Below are positions 1 to 13,098 of a DNA stretch of 64,000 nt, in pieces. The DNA is from Mobula birostris (Eukaryota), in contig NC_092397.1 of NCBI RefSeq assembly GCF_030028105.1, forward strand, positions 35,803,097-35,867,096, read 5' to 3'. Position numbers and translations under genes: made by a program. How positions within the stretch are numbered: the first letter of the stretch is position 1; every line of letters starts with the position of its first letter. The notes beneath the pieces were generated by a model. The model saw only the letters and a program-made list of their open reading frames with translations. It was not told the origin of the DNA and searched no databases.

Positions 1-1710
1 ACCATTATCTCTTCAGCCACCTCTCTCAGGAATCTGAGATGTAGTCCCTGGTGACATCCACCTTAACACCTCTGAGTTTGCCTAGCACTTTTTGTTTTTT
101 TATTAACAATGGCATTTACTCCTGCTCCCTGATACTCACAAAACTCTGGTACATAGTGTTACGTACCCCGTAACTGGGTTGCCAAACCAGCAGAAATGGA
201 TCACTCAGTTGGAGTCTGGATTACTAGAACTAAGAAAGTTTTATTAAAGAAACAAGCAACACAGTAATCAAAAGGATAATAAATGCAAAAGTTCAGCACT
301 GATAAACACACATGTGCACAGAATTAAGATAACAGGATCAATCAAGCTCTATCGTTGTCTAGGGGTAAATGACCGATTTCAAAGTGACACAAAGTTCAGT
401 CCAATTTAGTTCAGTTCGCAGTAATCGTTGCCATGGCGATGGACAACGTGGGGGGAGGGAGAGAGAGAACGAGAACGACTGATCATTCAGAACGGCTTCC
501 ACTCACAGACCTGCGATATTGCTCACAAGCAGCTTTCGGGCGGGTCCTTTGTAATGTCACCTGAGGTCACCGACTGTGACCCCTCCTCCAGATGCGGTCG
601 ATCCTCTGCAGTGAACCCGGCACCCAAGCAAGGGTGGACACACACCGGGTTCCCGCTGATCGTACCTTTCCACCCTGTGCGTTTAAGGCTGATCCCCCGA
701 TCAGCCGTCCAAGAGCTTTCCACCGACTTGTGATAGGAGCACTGCTTCCAGGGTCTCGTTACCTAGGCTGTCGTGTGTGTCTTGCCTTAGCGAACCTGTC
801 CCTTTTTATCCCCCTGCTGGGGTATCGCCTGTCCATCACTTCAAACAGTTCAGGGTTCAAAGGGGGAGCCGCTCTAGACAGCTCTCTCTCTCCCGTCCCT
901 TCATTACACATCTCCAGATGCTGCTTCATTGTGTTCCTTATCTCTCCTTCCCCTGAGGACAGGTGGCAGACCAACTGCTGATGCCTCTGGTGCTAGCCCA
1001 GGCCAGCAAACATCTTAATTTATGTGTATTCTCGTCAGAATAGCTAGCATCTTCTACAGTGAAGACAGATGTGAAGTCCTCATTAAGTTCATCTTCTATT
1101 TTTTGTCCCCCAGTACTATCTTACCAGCATCATTTGCCATTGGTTCAATAACAACCCTCAACTCCCTTTTACTTGATATATAACGAAAAAAAACCTTTTT
1201 TATCCTACCTTGTAGGTACTCCTGTCAATGTGAGATCATCTTTCTCTGTGCAACACAGCTATCCTGCACCTTGTGCAATATTCCCAGAAACTTCAGCCAC
1301 CTCTGCTCTGCTGTAATCCCTGCCAGCATCAACCTCCAATCCACCTGGGCTCCAATCCACCCGGGCAAGGTCCTCTCTCATGCCTCTGTAAATCACTTTA
1401 TTCCATTGGGCTATGATATATGTGAGTAATGCTTCAGTCTCTCAAATTGCAGTATGAATTCAATCATATTATGATAACTGCCTCCTAAGGGTTCCTTCAC
1501 ATTAAGCTCCCTAATGAGATCGGGGCTATTACTCAACACGCAGTCTAAAGATAGGTTTTCACCGAGCAGGCTCAAGCAGAAGCTGCTCTAAAAAGCCATC
1601 TCATGGGCATTCAACAAATTCCCTCTCCTGTGAATCAACACCAACCTGACCTTCCCAATCCCCTTGCATATTGAAGTCTCCAATACAATTGTGTCATTAC
1701 CCTTATTATC
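1..1710 (-). mobile_element. Degenerate CR1 LINE ORF2 fragment, interrupted by a solo LTR at 157-1039
   Basis: Resembles the other CR1 copies in the window; flanks rejoin across the LTR (ggtacatag|ctagcatcttctacagtgaagac). Confidence 0.7.
157..1039 (-). mobile_element. Solo LTR (Gypsy-like), 883 bp
   Basis: Starts TGTTACG and ends CGTCAGA (degenerate inverse of TGTTACG); 4-bp TSD ATAG at 153-156 and 1040-1043; AATAAA on the minus strand near 240; homologous to 29995-30706. Confidence 0.8.
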
Positions 1711-3290
1711 AGAATAAGAATCAAGTTAGTTAACTTAGAAGCAGCAGTTCAGTGCAATACATAACACAGAAGAAGAAAAAAACTAAATTAAATATATAAT
1801 ATAATAAATAATAATAAATAAAGAAGTAAATCAATTACAGTATAGGAAAATTGATTAGATTAACATCATGCAAAAACACAGAAATAACATATATTAAAAA
1901 GTTAGGGAGTGTCCAAGGGTTCAAAGTCCATTTAGGAATCGGATAGCAGACTGGAAGCTTTTCCTAAAGCGCTGAATGTGCGCCTTCAGGCTTTTGTACC
2001 TCCTACCTGATGGGAATAGTGAGAAAAGGGAATGCCCTGGGCTCTGGAGGTTCTCAATATTGGATGCTGCCTTTCTGAGACAGCGCTCCTTGAAGATCTC
2101 CTGGGTAAATTGTAGGCAAGTACCCAAGATGGAGCCGACTCAATTTATGACCCTCTGCAACTTCTTTCCGTCCTCCACCACCACCCCTCCCCTTACCAGA
2201 CAGTGGTGCAGCCTGTCAGAATACTCTCCACGGTACATCTATAGACGCTTTTGAGTGTATTTGTTGACTTACAAAATCTTTTTAAATTCAAAATGATGTA
2301 TAGCTGCTGTCTGGCCTTCTTTATAAAGGCATTGATATGTTTTGACCAGGTTAGATCCTCAGAAATCTTGACACCCGTGAATTTGAAACTGCTTCATCTC
2401 TCCTCTTCTGATCCCTCCATGAGGATTGGTATGTGCTCGTTCGTCGTACCCTTCTGGAAGTGCACAATCAGCTCTTTCGTCTTACTGACATTCAGTGCCA
2501 GGTTGTTGCTGTGGCACCCCTCCATTAGTTGGCATATCTCATGCCTGTAGGACCTCTCATCACCACCTGAGATTCTACCAACAATGGTTATATCATTAGC
2601 AAATTTATAGATGATATTTGAGCTGTTGCTAGCCACGCAGTCAAGAGTATGGAGAGAGTAGAGCAGTGGTCTAAGCACACACCCCTGAGGTGCACCAGTG
2701 TTGATTGTCAACAAAGAGAAGAGGTTATCACCAATCCGCACAGATTGTGGCCTTCCGGTTAGGAAGCTGAGTATTCAATTGCAGAGGGAGGGACAGAGGC
2801 CCAGGTTCTGCAACTTCTCAATCAGGATTATGGGAATGATGGCATTAAATGCTGAGCAATAGTCTTGTCATCGGTGTTTGTGCTGTCCAGGTGGTGTTAA
2901 GCCGTGTGACGAGCCACTGAGATTGCATCTGCTGTTGAACACTTGTGGCGATAGGCAAATTGCAATGGGTCCAGGATCTTGCTGAGTCAGGAGTTCAGTC
3001 GTGTCATCACCAACCTCTCAAAGGATTTCATCACTGTAGATGTAAGTGCTACCAGACCATAGTCATTAAGGCAGCTCACATTATTCTTCTTAGGCACTCG
3101 TATAATTGTTGCTTTTCTGAAACGAGTGGAAGCATCTGCCCATAGCAGTGAGAGGTTGAAAATGCCCTTGAATACCCCCGCCAGTTAGTTGGTACAGGTT
3201 TTCAGTGTCTTAGAAGGTACGCCATCGGGACATTCCACCTTGCGAGAGTTCACTCTCTTTAAAGGCAGCTTAACATTGGCCTCTGAGACA
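1711..3290 (-). mobile_element. Rex1/Babar-type LINE, 5'-truncated, degenerate RT and 3' end
   Basis: ORF 2394..2741 has [20 protein letters not shown] (KFADD) and [15 protein letters not shown]; ORF 1921..2127 has HSLFSLFPSGRRY, typical of the Rex1 C-terminus. Confidence 0.85.
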
Positions 3291-4999
3291 GGGATCTACC
3301 TCCTTGCCCTCCAAGCTCCCTAACATATTTATGCATGCAGCATTGTCGCCGAGTCCAAATCTTTCCCCATTGGTAAATACTGAAGCAAAGTACTTATTAT
3401 GTATTTCACTCATATCCTGCACATCCAAGCAAATGATTCTCTTTTTATCCTTGAGGTGTCCTCCCCTCTCCCAAGTTATCTTCTTATCTTGATGTATGTA
3501 CAGGGTACTTTGGGATTCACCTTAATTCTACTTGCCATTGACTTCTCATGGCCCCTCTTGTTTTCATAAATTTCCTTTTTTAGTTCTTTTCTGGATTCTG
3601 TATAACCTTCATCTACTCCATTTGATCCTGACTTCCAAAATTTGACATACTTTTCCTTTTTCTTCTTGACTAAATTTATCACTTCTGTGGGCACCCAAGT
3701 TTCCCTTCTCTTTCCATCCCTGTCCTTCCCCCTAAGAGGAATATACCTTTCCTGTACTCTGTGCAATTGATCTTTAAACACTCTCCCCATGTCTGATAGG
3801 GATTTTCCAGAAGAAAAGTTATTTCCAATTAACCGTTCTGAGTCCCTGCATAATACCCTCGTAATTTTCCCTTCTCTGATTAAAAAATACCCCATCCTTA
3901 TCTATAACTATCTTAAAAGTGAGAGAGTTGTGGTCCCTGTCAGCTAACTGCTCACCCACTGCGGGGGCAGCCACCTGAATAGACTCATTACCCAACACTA
4001 GGTAGTAGTACAATCCCATTAGTTTGATGCTCCCTTCCTGTTCTTGAGTTCTACCCAAATGCACTCAGCGTCTGAACCCTCTACTAGATCTCTCCTGAGT
4101 GTAGCTATAATATTGTCCCCGACTGGTAGCCCAACTCACACCTCTTTTACCTCCTTCTCTATCTTTTCAAAAACTTCAAAAGCCTGGAAAATTAATCACG
4201 CATCCCTGCCCATCTCTCAACAAAGTCTCTGTAATGGCCACAACATTGTAGATCCATGTACTGATCTATGTTCTATGTTAATCACCTTTGTCCATAATAT
4301 TCCTGACATTCAAATACACACCATTGAAACAATATGTCTCATAATACCTGTTAATTTGATTTTGCCTGGCCATACTTTCACTGATATCTACCTTCGGTTC
4401 TAATCCTTCACTTACTGACCTGGGGTTCCAATTCCCAGCCCCCTGCAAAACTAGTTTAAACCCTCTGAGTAGCATTAGCAAAACTCCCAGCCAGCATATT
4501 AGTTCCCTTCCAGTTCAGGTGCAACCTGTCCCTGTTCTACAGATCAGTCCTTGCCCAGTAAAAGTTTCCATTGATCCGAGCATGAAACCCTGCCCCCTGC
4601 ACCATCTCCTCAATCAATCATTCAATTATGCTGTAATTCCGTTCCTAGCTACACTTGCCCATGGCACCGGGAGTAATCCAGAAATTACTACCTTGGAGGT
4701 CCTTCTCTTCACACCATTTCCTGTCTCTATATGCTCAGTCTGTAGAAGCTCATCCCCGTTTTTGGCAATGACATTAGCATCAATATGCACAATGAGCTCT
4801 GGCCGCTCACCCTTCCCCTTGAGAATATTCTGCAGACACCCTGATAGATCTGGACCCGAGCACCCGGGAGGCAACACAGCATCCTGGAGTCTCTGTTGTG
4901 TGCACAGTATCTCCTATTTGTACCACTAACTATCAAGTTCCCAATCACTAATGCACTGCATGACTTGACCTTTCCCTGCCACAGGGGAACCACCAGGGT
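3291..4999 (-). mobile_element. CR1 LINE fragment: ORF1 SGNH-esterase part plus ORF2 endonuclease/linker
   Basis: ALVIGNLIV..CCLPGARV, PELIVHIDAN..KVVISGLLPVP (esterase), VYLNVRNIMDK and DHNSL (APE endonuclease), RIKVNPK. Confidence 0.8.
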
Positions 5000-6180
5000 T
5001 TCTTCATCTCATTTTTAACTTTAAGAAATTTATTGAATCACGTACAGGCAAAAGTTACCAAAATTGTTCATGGACCAGTGCTGTCTGGCGAATAGTCGGT
5101 GACTGCATCGGTTTCCTTCCAGAGACCAAAGGCGAGTTGGATGGTGCATTCACTGGCCGCAATATACTGTCGTTTGTGTACATGGGAGACAGAAGGAAGT
5201 GGCGATATAAGATAGTGCAGTTACTGTGGATATGGTGAGGGCCATATCAATGACAGTTATGTCCTGCAGAGACAGAGCCCAAGTTCACAGTCAAAATGCT
5301 AAGTTCGGTCTAGGATGAGGAGCAGCGAGAGCCAGTGCCTGATTCTGGGAGCAAATCTCAGTGATTCCAGGACCAGTGCAGTTGTCAAATTGTGGCCGGT
5401 TGGGAATATTTTGCTGTAAATGTGATTACACTCACAAATTGCGGTATTGCCATTGTGTGCTGTCCTGGGTCTGGGGAGGAGCTCTGAGTGGAACTGCAAT
5501 TATACCTTATTGCAGACCGCACTGGTTTCCTTCCAGAGACCAAAGGCAAGATAGATGGTGTGATCACTGGCCACAAGATACTGATCTTTGTGTACATGGG
5601 TGACAGATGGAAAGAGGCCTCTTTTCTAATTCTATACACTCAGTATGTAGGATCTCTTCTCAGTTTTTGACAATGACATTGGTGCCAATTTGCAACAGGA
5701 CCTCTGGCTTTTCACCCTTCCTCTTGACAATATCCTACAGCCGCACCTCTACACCCTGGACCCCAGCACCAGGGAGACAACACACCATCCTTGTGTTTAT
5801 TTTGCTGTCACAGCATCAACTGTCTGTCCCCACTAAGTACTGAGTCTCCTGTCACTACCACACTGCCTGACGTTTACTTTCCCTGCCACAGGGGAACCAC
5901 CAGGATTCCTTCGTCTCACTTCGAAATTACAGAATTCATAGAATCAGGTACAGGCAAAAGTTTCCAAAAAGTGTTAGTGGACTCAGGCTGACTGTCTGAG
6001 AACCTCGCTTAAAAACTGCCACGTTCTTGACATTGAAGATCACGGAGATCAGGCCCACAGGCCAAGTGTTGCATGGTGCAAATAGAAGGTGACCACATCG
6101 GTTTCCTTCCAGAGTCCAAAGGCGAGCTGGATGGTGCAGGCATTGGGTGTAGGACACTGTTCCTTGTGTACATGGGTGAC
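4767..6180. repeat. Old tandem duplication (~0.9 kb unit) containing three copies of a ~95-bp module
   Basis: The junction tttccctgccacaggggaaccaccagg occurs at ~4971 and ~5878; the module ggtttccttccagag.ccaaaggc...tttgtgtacatggg.gaca occurs at ~5101, ~5515 and ~6092. Confidence 0.75.
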
Positions 6181-6229
6181 ATCTATATATGGAATACTGA
6201 AAAAAATAATACCCCTGTAATACATTTTA

Positions 6230-7317
6230 ACCACAGGGTATATGCAAATATGAGAGCTATAGTCAAGTGGGAAATTGTGATTGCCAAAGGCAGCTTGAGA
6301 AGGATATTCCTGATAATGATAACATTGAACCCCAAGAGACTTTGTCAATATTTTAGTTGTAAAAGAAACGTCAAGTGGGAAGCTAATTGTATTTGGAATA
6401 ACAGTGGGGTATTAAATTATGCAGAGAAGGACATAGCGGATACTCTCAACTCTTATTTTGCTAAAGTGTTCACCTGCAAAGATGTTAGCAATATGCCAGT
6501 AAGTGTAGAGAAAAATAAAGTTCCCTGAAGTGACTCTGAGATCTTAGAAAGTGAAAAGGCTGAAAGTTAATAAATCTCAGTGTCAGACAACATATATCCA
6601 AGGGTACTTAAATTAGTCTATCATTGAAAATACAAAGGCCTAACAAGAATTATTCAAAATTCTCTTAAGATTGGTAAAATCCTGAAGGTCTTGAAATGGG
6701 CTAACATTTTACTGGTATGTAAGAAGGGTGACTGCGCTGACCCTTGTAACTATGGACCAGTAAGCTTGATGTGTATTGTGTGTAAGATAAGGGAAGCATT
6801 AATAAAGAACGAGTTGTAAAATCATCTGATAAGAACAGGCATGCAGCTAGTGGGAGTATAGGATCCTTGTCAGGTTGGCTGCCAGTGACTAGTGATGATC
6901 CGCAGGGGTCGGTGTTGGGACCACTTCTTTTTATGCTGTACCTCATGATTTAGATGGTGAAATAGATGGCCTTGTTGCCAAGTCTGCAGATGATACAAAG
7001 ATTGGCGGAGGGGCAGGTAGTGTTGAGTAAGCAGGTAGGATGCAGAAGGACTTGGACAAATTAGGAGAATGGGCAGGAAAGTGGCAAATGAAATATAATG
7101 TTAGAAAATGCACGGTCATGTACTTTGGTAGTTGAAATAAATGTGCGAACTATTTTCCATACGGGGAGAAAATCCAAAAATCAGAGATGCAAAAGGACTT
7201 GGGACTACTTGTGTAGAACACCCTAAAGGTCAACTTGCAGGTTGAATTGGTGGTGAGGAAGGCAAATGCAACGTTAGCATTCATTTCAAGAGGTCGAGAA
7301 TACAAGAGCAGGGATGT
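6230..7317 (+). mobile_element. Degenerate CR1 ORF2 fragments
   Basis: NPKRLCQY, LNSYFAKVFT, gatccgcaggggtcggtgttgggacca (PQGSVLGP), gcagatgatacaaag (ADDTK), WQMKYN. Confidence 0.75.
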
Positions 7318-7393
7318 GAAACGTCCACTGTACATCTTCCTATAGATGCTGCCCGGCCTGCTGCGTTCACCAGCAACTTTGATGTGTGTTGCT
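7318..7393 (+). mobile_element. Short Penelope terminal-repeat (pLTR) fragment
   Basis: gaaacgtccactgtac...gatgctgcccggcctgctgcgttcaccagcaactttgatgtgtgttgc is the same sequence that follows the Penelope RT at 18866-18970. Confidence 0.7.
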
Positions 7394-7397
7394 CATT

Positions 7398-7790
7398 ATT
7401 TTGCCGACTGAAATATTTCTCAATTTCTTTTGACATTTGAGGTGCTCATTAAAGACTATTAGATCAGCAACATCACACACAAAATGCTGGAGGAACTTGG
7501 ATTTCCAGCATTTGCAGATTTTCCCGTGTTTATACAATCTACGCAGTTTATCTCCTGCATCCATTCATCTGCCTATTTTGAGTACTGTATTTATTCCTGT
7601 AGCTGGTTTGCCTCTTCCTTTGCAGATTGGAATATTTCTTCTCAATTTCTTTTGTCCTTTGATGAGATTTGAGATGCCCATTAAAGACTGCTACATCACA
7701 CAAGATGCTGGAGGAATCAGCAGAGTTCATTGTGTTGCCTTGGATTTCCAGCATCTGCAGATTTTCTCCTGCTTGTACATCAGCAACATG
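7398..7790. repeat. Diverged tandem duplication (~230-bp unit) containing pLTR pieces
   Basis: aatatttct..caatttctttt..cattaaagact..catcacaca..atgctggaggaa..ttggatttccagcat.tgcagatttt appears twice. Confidence 0.65.
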
Positions 7791-8029
7791 CTCATTGACC
7801 GTTTCCATCCTGATCTCTGTTTCTCTAGTGTATATTTGTCCGAATTTGTGTTTGTATGTTTTGAATTGTATTGCTTTATGAATTACATCCTTCATATACA
7901 TGAGGAGTAAAAATATTTATGTTATGTCTACATCTAAATGTGCAATGTGCAATTTATAGTAATTAATAATAAATAGAATGCACAACAGGACAGTCACTAT
8001 AACATAGAAACACAATTGTACAATTGTTC

Positions 8030-8107
8030 CGTGTGTGTTTGTGTGTGAGACAGAGAGACTGAGAGAGACTGTGAGTGTGAGAGACTGAGACTGAGTGAGT
8101 GTGTGTA
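8030..8107. repeat. GT/GAGACT microsatellite
   Basis: Seen directly. Confidence 0.85.
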
Positions 8108-8587
8108 TCACCAGGAAGAAGCTGAAGGACAGTCCAAAATGGGAAACTGCAGGGACAGAGGTAGGGATCGGTCAGTGTCGCTGGTCTCCGTTCAGAGATG
8201 AATAATTAGCCAACCAAAAGATGAAATCTGTAAATGTAGCTGCTCAGTCTCAGTCTTTGAAATTAAATCTATCGGTTGATTTCCACCAGAGGCACTGCTG
8301 AGGTAATGCCAAAGAGTTTTGATGTACTTGTCTCCAATCACTCCAATATTTACAATAGAGACAAAGGTATTGAATGGAAGTGTTTGTTCAAGCAACTGTA
8401 ACTGAGCAAGTTAGTGAGGTGTATAACCGTATCTCGGGAGACAGACCCTCTGTATAAATCAGGACTGCTTTGAATGCATCAGCTGTCTGCCGGAGCTGTG
8501 AATACAGGAGCAACAAAAATAACAGATTCGCACTAAAATGGTGTATCCAGTTATCTGGCGGATAGAAGACGTTTATTGTCGCAGTTA

Positions 8588-10042
8588 CAGTGGCATGCAA
8601 AAGTTTGGGCACCCCTGGTCAAAATTTCTGTAACTGTGAATAGTTAAGTGAGTAGATGAACTGATCTCCAAAAGTCATAAAATTAAAGGTGAAACATTCT
8701 TTTCAACATTTTAAGCAAGATTAGTGTATTATTTTTGTTTTGTACAATTTTAGAGTGAAAAACAGGAAAGGAGCACCATGCAAAAGTTTGGGCACCCCAA
8801 GAGATTTGAGCTCTCCGATAACTTTTACCAAGGTCTCAGACCTTAATTAGCTTGTTAGGGCTACGGCTAACAAGTCATTGTGAGGAAAGGCAGGTGATGC
8901 AAATTTCAAAGCTTTATAAATACCCTGACTCCTCAAACCTTGTCCCAACAATCAGCAGCCATGGGCTCCTCTAAGCAGCTGCCTAGCACTCTGAAAATTA
9001 AAATAAATGATGCCCACAAAGCAGCAGAAGGCTATGAGAAAATAGCAAAGCGTTTTCAGGTAGCCGTTTCCTCAGTTTGTAATGTAATTAAGAAATGGCA
9101 GTTAACAGGAATGGTGGAGGTCAAGTTGAGGTCTGGAAGACCAAGAAAACTTTCCGAGAGAACTGCTCGTAGGATTGCTAGAAAGGCAAATCAAAACCCC
9201 TGTTTGACTGCAAAAGACCTTCAGGAAGATTTAGCAGACTCTGGAGTGGTGGTGCACTGTTCTACTGTGCAGCGACACCTGCACAAATATGACCTTCATG
9301 GAAGAGTCATCAGGAGAAAATCTTTCCTGCGTCCTCACCACAAAGTTCAGGATCAGAAGTTTGCAAAGGAATATCTAAACAAGTCTGATGCATTTTGGAA
9401 ACAAGCCCTGATGAAGCTAAAATAGAACTTATTGGCCGCAATGAGGAAAGGTATGTTTGGAGGAAAAAGGGTGCAGAATTTCGTGAAAAGAACACCTCTC
9501 CAACTGCTAAGCACAGGGGTGGATCAATCGTGCTTTGGACTTGTGTTGCAGCCTGTGGCATGGGGAACATTTCACTGGTAGAGGGAAGAATGAATTCAAT
9601 TAAATACCAGCAAATTCTGGAAGCAAACATCACACCATCTGTAAGAAAGCTGAAGATGAAAAGAGGATGGCTTCTACGACAGGATAATGATCCTAAACAC
9701 ACCTCAAAATCCACAATTGACTACCACAAGAGGCGCAAGCTGAAGGTTTTGCCATGTCCCTGAAAGTCCCCTGACCTAAACATCATTGAAAATCTGTGGA
9801 TAGACCTGAAAAGAGCAGTGCATGCAAGACGGCCCAAGATTCTCACAGAACTAGAAGCCTTTTGCAAAGAAGAATGGGTAAAAATCCCCCAAACAAGAAT
9901 TGAAGGTCTCTCAGCTGGCTACAGAAAGTGTTTACAAACTGTGATACTTGCCAAAGGGGGTGTTACTAAGTACTGACCGTGCAGGGTGCCCAAACTTTTG
10001 CTTTGGGCCCTTTTCCTTTTTTGTTATCTTGAAACTGTGAAA
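8588..10042 (+). mobile_element. Tc1-family (IR/DR type) transposon, inactivated transposase ~8961-9976, right end truncated
   Basis: TA|CAGTG start; direct repeat atgcaaaagtttgggcacccc at ~8595 and ~8778 with its inverse at ~9985; SGRPRK, DEAK, QDNDPKH and SPDLNIIENLW motifs; frameshift near 9400 and stop at 9761-9763. Confidence 0.92.
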
Positions 10043-10530
10043 GTGGAGTTGCTGGTAGTGTTGGTTGTGTTGCGATGGGTGGAGAAAGCTAGACAAGTCA
10101 AAGTGTTGATATGCTCAGATTCATCCTCAGTTCCAGCAAGTTTAAGGTCTTTTCACTCAAACAGTCAGCAAGGTGTACTTTATGAAGCCCTTCAGTCAGT
10201 CACAAGAATTGCAAATCAGGGAGGTCAGGTAAAATTTCTATGGGTTCCAGCACATGTAGGGGTGAAGGGGAATGAGAGGGTGGATGAGTTGTCAAAGAGG
10301 GCGTTAAAGAAAGAAAATATAGAAATGCACATTTGTATCAGTAAAGCAGAGGTTAAGTGTGTAATCTGGGAAAAAAATCAACCAAATGTGGCAAGAAAGA
10401 TGGGACAGAGAGGGGAAAGGGAGGCATTTATATCAAATACAAAAGAGTGTTGCAGGTACTAGGGTAGATAGTGGATACAGAAGAGAGGAGACTGTGTGGA
10501 CTAGGTTAAGGCTGGGGCATTGTGCATTTC
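10043..10530 (+). mobile_element. I-clade/Nimb-like LINE fragment, RNase H domain
   Basis: LICSDSSS...FLWVPAHVGVKGNERVDEL and WQERWD...TRLRLGH motifs. Confidence 0.85.
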
Positions 10531-10534
10531 CCAA

Positions 10535-12219
10535 TTCACCAAGGAAAAAGACCTTGGCAATTGCAGGAATGACTTACAGCAGACTGAAACACTTGGGAAT
10601 ATATAGACATTAAGAAAGAGGATGCGCTGGAGCTTTTGAAAAGTATGAAGTTAGATAAGTCACCGGGATTGGATGAGGTATACCCTAGGCTACCGTGAGA
10701 AGCGAGGGAGGAGATTGCTGAGCCTTTTGTGATGATCCTTGCGTCATCAATAGGGACGGGAGAAGTACCGGAGGATTGGAGGGTTGCAAATGTTGTTCCC
10801 TTGTTCAAGAAAAGGAGTAGGGATAACTCGGGAAATTGTAGACAAGTGAGTCTGACTTCAGTGGTGCGCAAGCTGTTGGAGAAGGTCGTGAAAGGTACGA
10901 TTTATGAGCATTTGGAGAGACATAATCTGATTCGGGATAGCCTGCATGGCTTTGTCAAGGGAAGGTCGTGCCTTATGAGCCTGATTGAATTCTTTGAGGA
11001 TGCAATAAAACACTTTGAAGGTAGAGTAGGGAAGTGGTGTATATGGATTTCAGTAAGACATTTGAAAAGGTTCCCCGTGCAAGGCTCCTTCAGGAAGTAA
11101 GGAGGCATGGGATCCAAGGAGACCCTGCTTTGTGAGTCCACAATTGGCTTGCCAGCAGAAGACAAAGGGTGGTTGTATATGGTTCATATTCTGCATGGAG
11201 GTCGGTGACCAGTGGTGTTCTGCAGGGATCTGTTCTGGGACCCCTCTTCTTTGTGACTTTTACAAATGACCTGGATGAAGAAGTAGAAAAGTGGGTTAGT
11301 AAGTTTGCTGATGACACAAATGTTGGGGGTGCTGTAGATAGTCTGGAGGGTTGTCAGAGATTGCAGCGGGACAGCAACGGGATGCAGAACTGGGCTGAGA
11401 AGTGGCAGATGGAGTTCAACCCAGATAAGTGTGAAGTGGTTCATTTTGTTAGGTCCAATTTGAAGACAGATTATAATATAAATGGTAAGACTCTTGGCAG
11501 TGTGGAGGGTCTGAGAGATCTTGGGGTCTGTGTTGATAGGACACTCAAAGCTGCTGCGCGGGTTGACAGTGTGGCTAAGAAGGCGTGTGGTGTGTTGGCA
11601 TTCATCAACCATGGGATTGAGTTCAAGAGCCATGAGGTAATGTTACAGCTATATAAGACCTTGGTCAGACCCCAATTGGAGTACTGTGTTCAGTTCTGGT
11701 CACCTCACTACAGGAAGGACGTGGATACTCTAGAGAGAGTGCAGAAGCCATTTACAAGGGTGTTACCTGGATTGAAGAGCGTACCTTATGAGAATAGGTT
11801 GAGTGTACTTGGCCTTTTCTGCTTGGAGCGATGGAGGATGAGAGGTGACCTGATAGAGGTCTGTAAGATGATGAGGGGCATTGATCGTGTGGATAGCCAG
11901 AGGCTTTTTCCCAGGGATGAAATGGCTAACACAAGGGGTCATAGTTTTAAGGTGCTTGGAAATGGGTACCGAGGGGACATCAGGGGTAAGTTTTTCACAC
12001 AGAGTGGTGGGTGCGTGGACTGCACTGCTGGTAGTGGTGGTGGAAGCGGATATAATAGTGTCTTTTAAGATACTCTTAGATAGGTACATAGGGCCTAGAC
12101 AAATAGAGGGCTACGTGGTAGGGAAATTCGAGGCAGTCTGTAGAGTAGGTTACACGATTGGCAGAACATTGTGGGCCGAGGGCCTGTAATGTGCTGCAAA
12201 TTTCTGTGTTCTATGTTCT
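10535..12219 (+). mobile_element. CR1 LINE ORF2 (RT) and 3' UTR, 5'-truncated
   Basis: PEDWRVANVVPLFKK, HGFVKGRSCL, QGSVLGPL, KFADDT, YKTLVRPQLEYCVQFWSP; ends in ttctgtgttctatgttct. Confidence 0.92.
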
Positions 12220-13098
12220 TCTTTCATTTCCATAGATGCTGCCTGACCTGCTGAGTTCCTCCAACATTTTGTGTGCATGTTTGAGAAATGGCTGATAATA
12301 TTAGCACTGATAAACATAATGTGATGTGTTTTGGGAGTATTAAGGAGGCTGGGACATGCACCATGGATAGTCCGATCATTGGAAGTATCGAGGAAGGGAT
12401 GGATCTTGGTCTGCAAGACCAAAGAGCCTTGGAAGATGGCAGCATCGCGATAGAAAAACCATATTGAATATTGGCTTTCATTATCTGGGGCATTGAAAGC
12501 TGCTTATTCAGTTAATTAGTATGCCAAAATAGTCGTGAACATAATGATTTAGTAATTGTACAAATGGCTTTTTAGTACACAAAAATTCCTGAAAGAAATA
12601 CTAGAAAGAACGGCTAGTAAATTTAGTAACTTCACCATTAATGGCTGGGGATTGGAAATGATAATGTTCTTAGTGTATTAAAAATGGTGTCCAATGGAAT
12701 CAGTAGCCTAAAAATCTTATCCTATCGACAACCCTCATGCCCATATTTAAATTTAAAAAGAATTCTTTCTTTGGGAAGCAAGCTCTGGGAAGGTTTGTGT
12801 AGTGGCAAAACGGATCCAAAATCAAAACAAAACAATTGCTATCAGCCTGCAACTCCACGGCGTTGTTATACTTGTGTGACACGCCACTGCTCCAAAGATT
12901 CGAATTCCTCATTCTGTTCCTTAATTAGCAATTAGCAAACATACAGTTAAGCATTATTGAGCGTTATCTCAGCAATCAGCAAAGATATGACCTTCACGGT
13001 CCCAAAATAAGCACCTACAAGTAACTTATTCCCTTCGTGTTCACCAGCAACTTTGATGTGTGTTGCTTGTCAATAAGTTTCTTTCTTCACTCTCCTAG

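Noticed and set aside
5090-5140. TIQLAFGLWKETDAVTDY as a tyrosine-recombinase C-terminal motif
   Set aside because: No upstream HxxR at the expected spacing, and the Tyr is missing in one copy.
9986-10462. 158-aa ORF with a signal-peptide-like N-terminus fused to RNase H
   Set aside because: The N-terminus is read from the Tc1 right inverted repeat with a non-ATG start; the rest is a LINE fragment.
12710-12770. SYRQPSCPYLNLK as the missing upstream TMEM244 exon
   Set aside because: No PFDF motif and no suitable splice sites; the similarity is probably chance.
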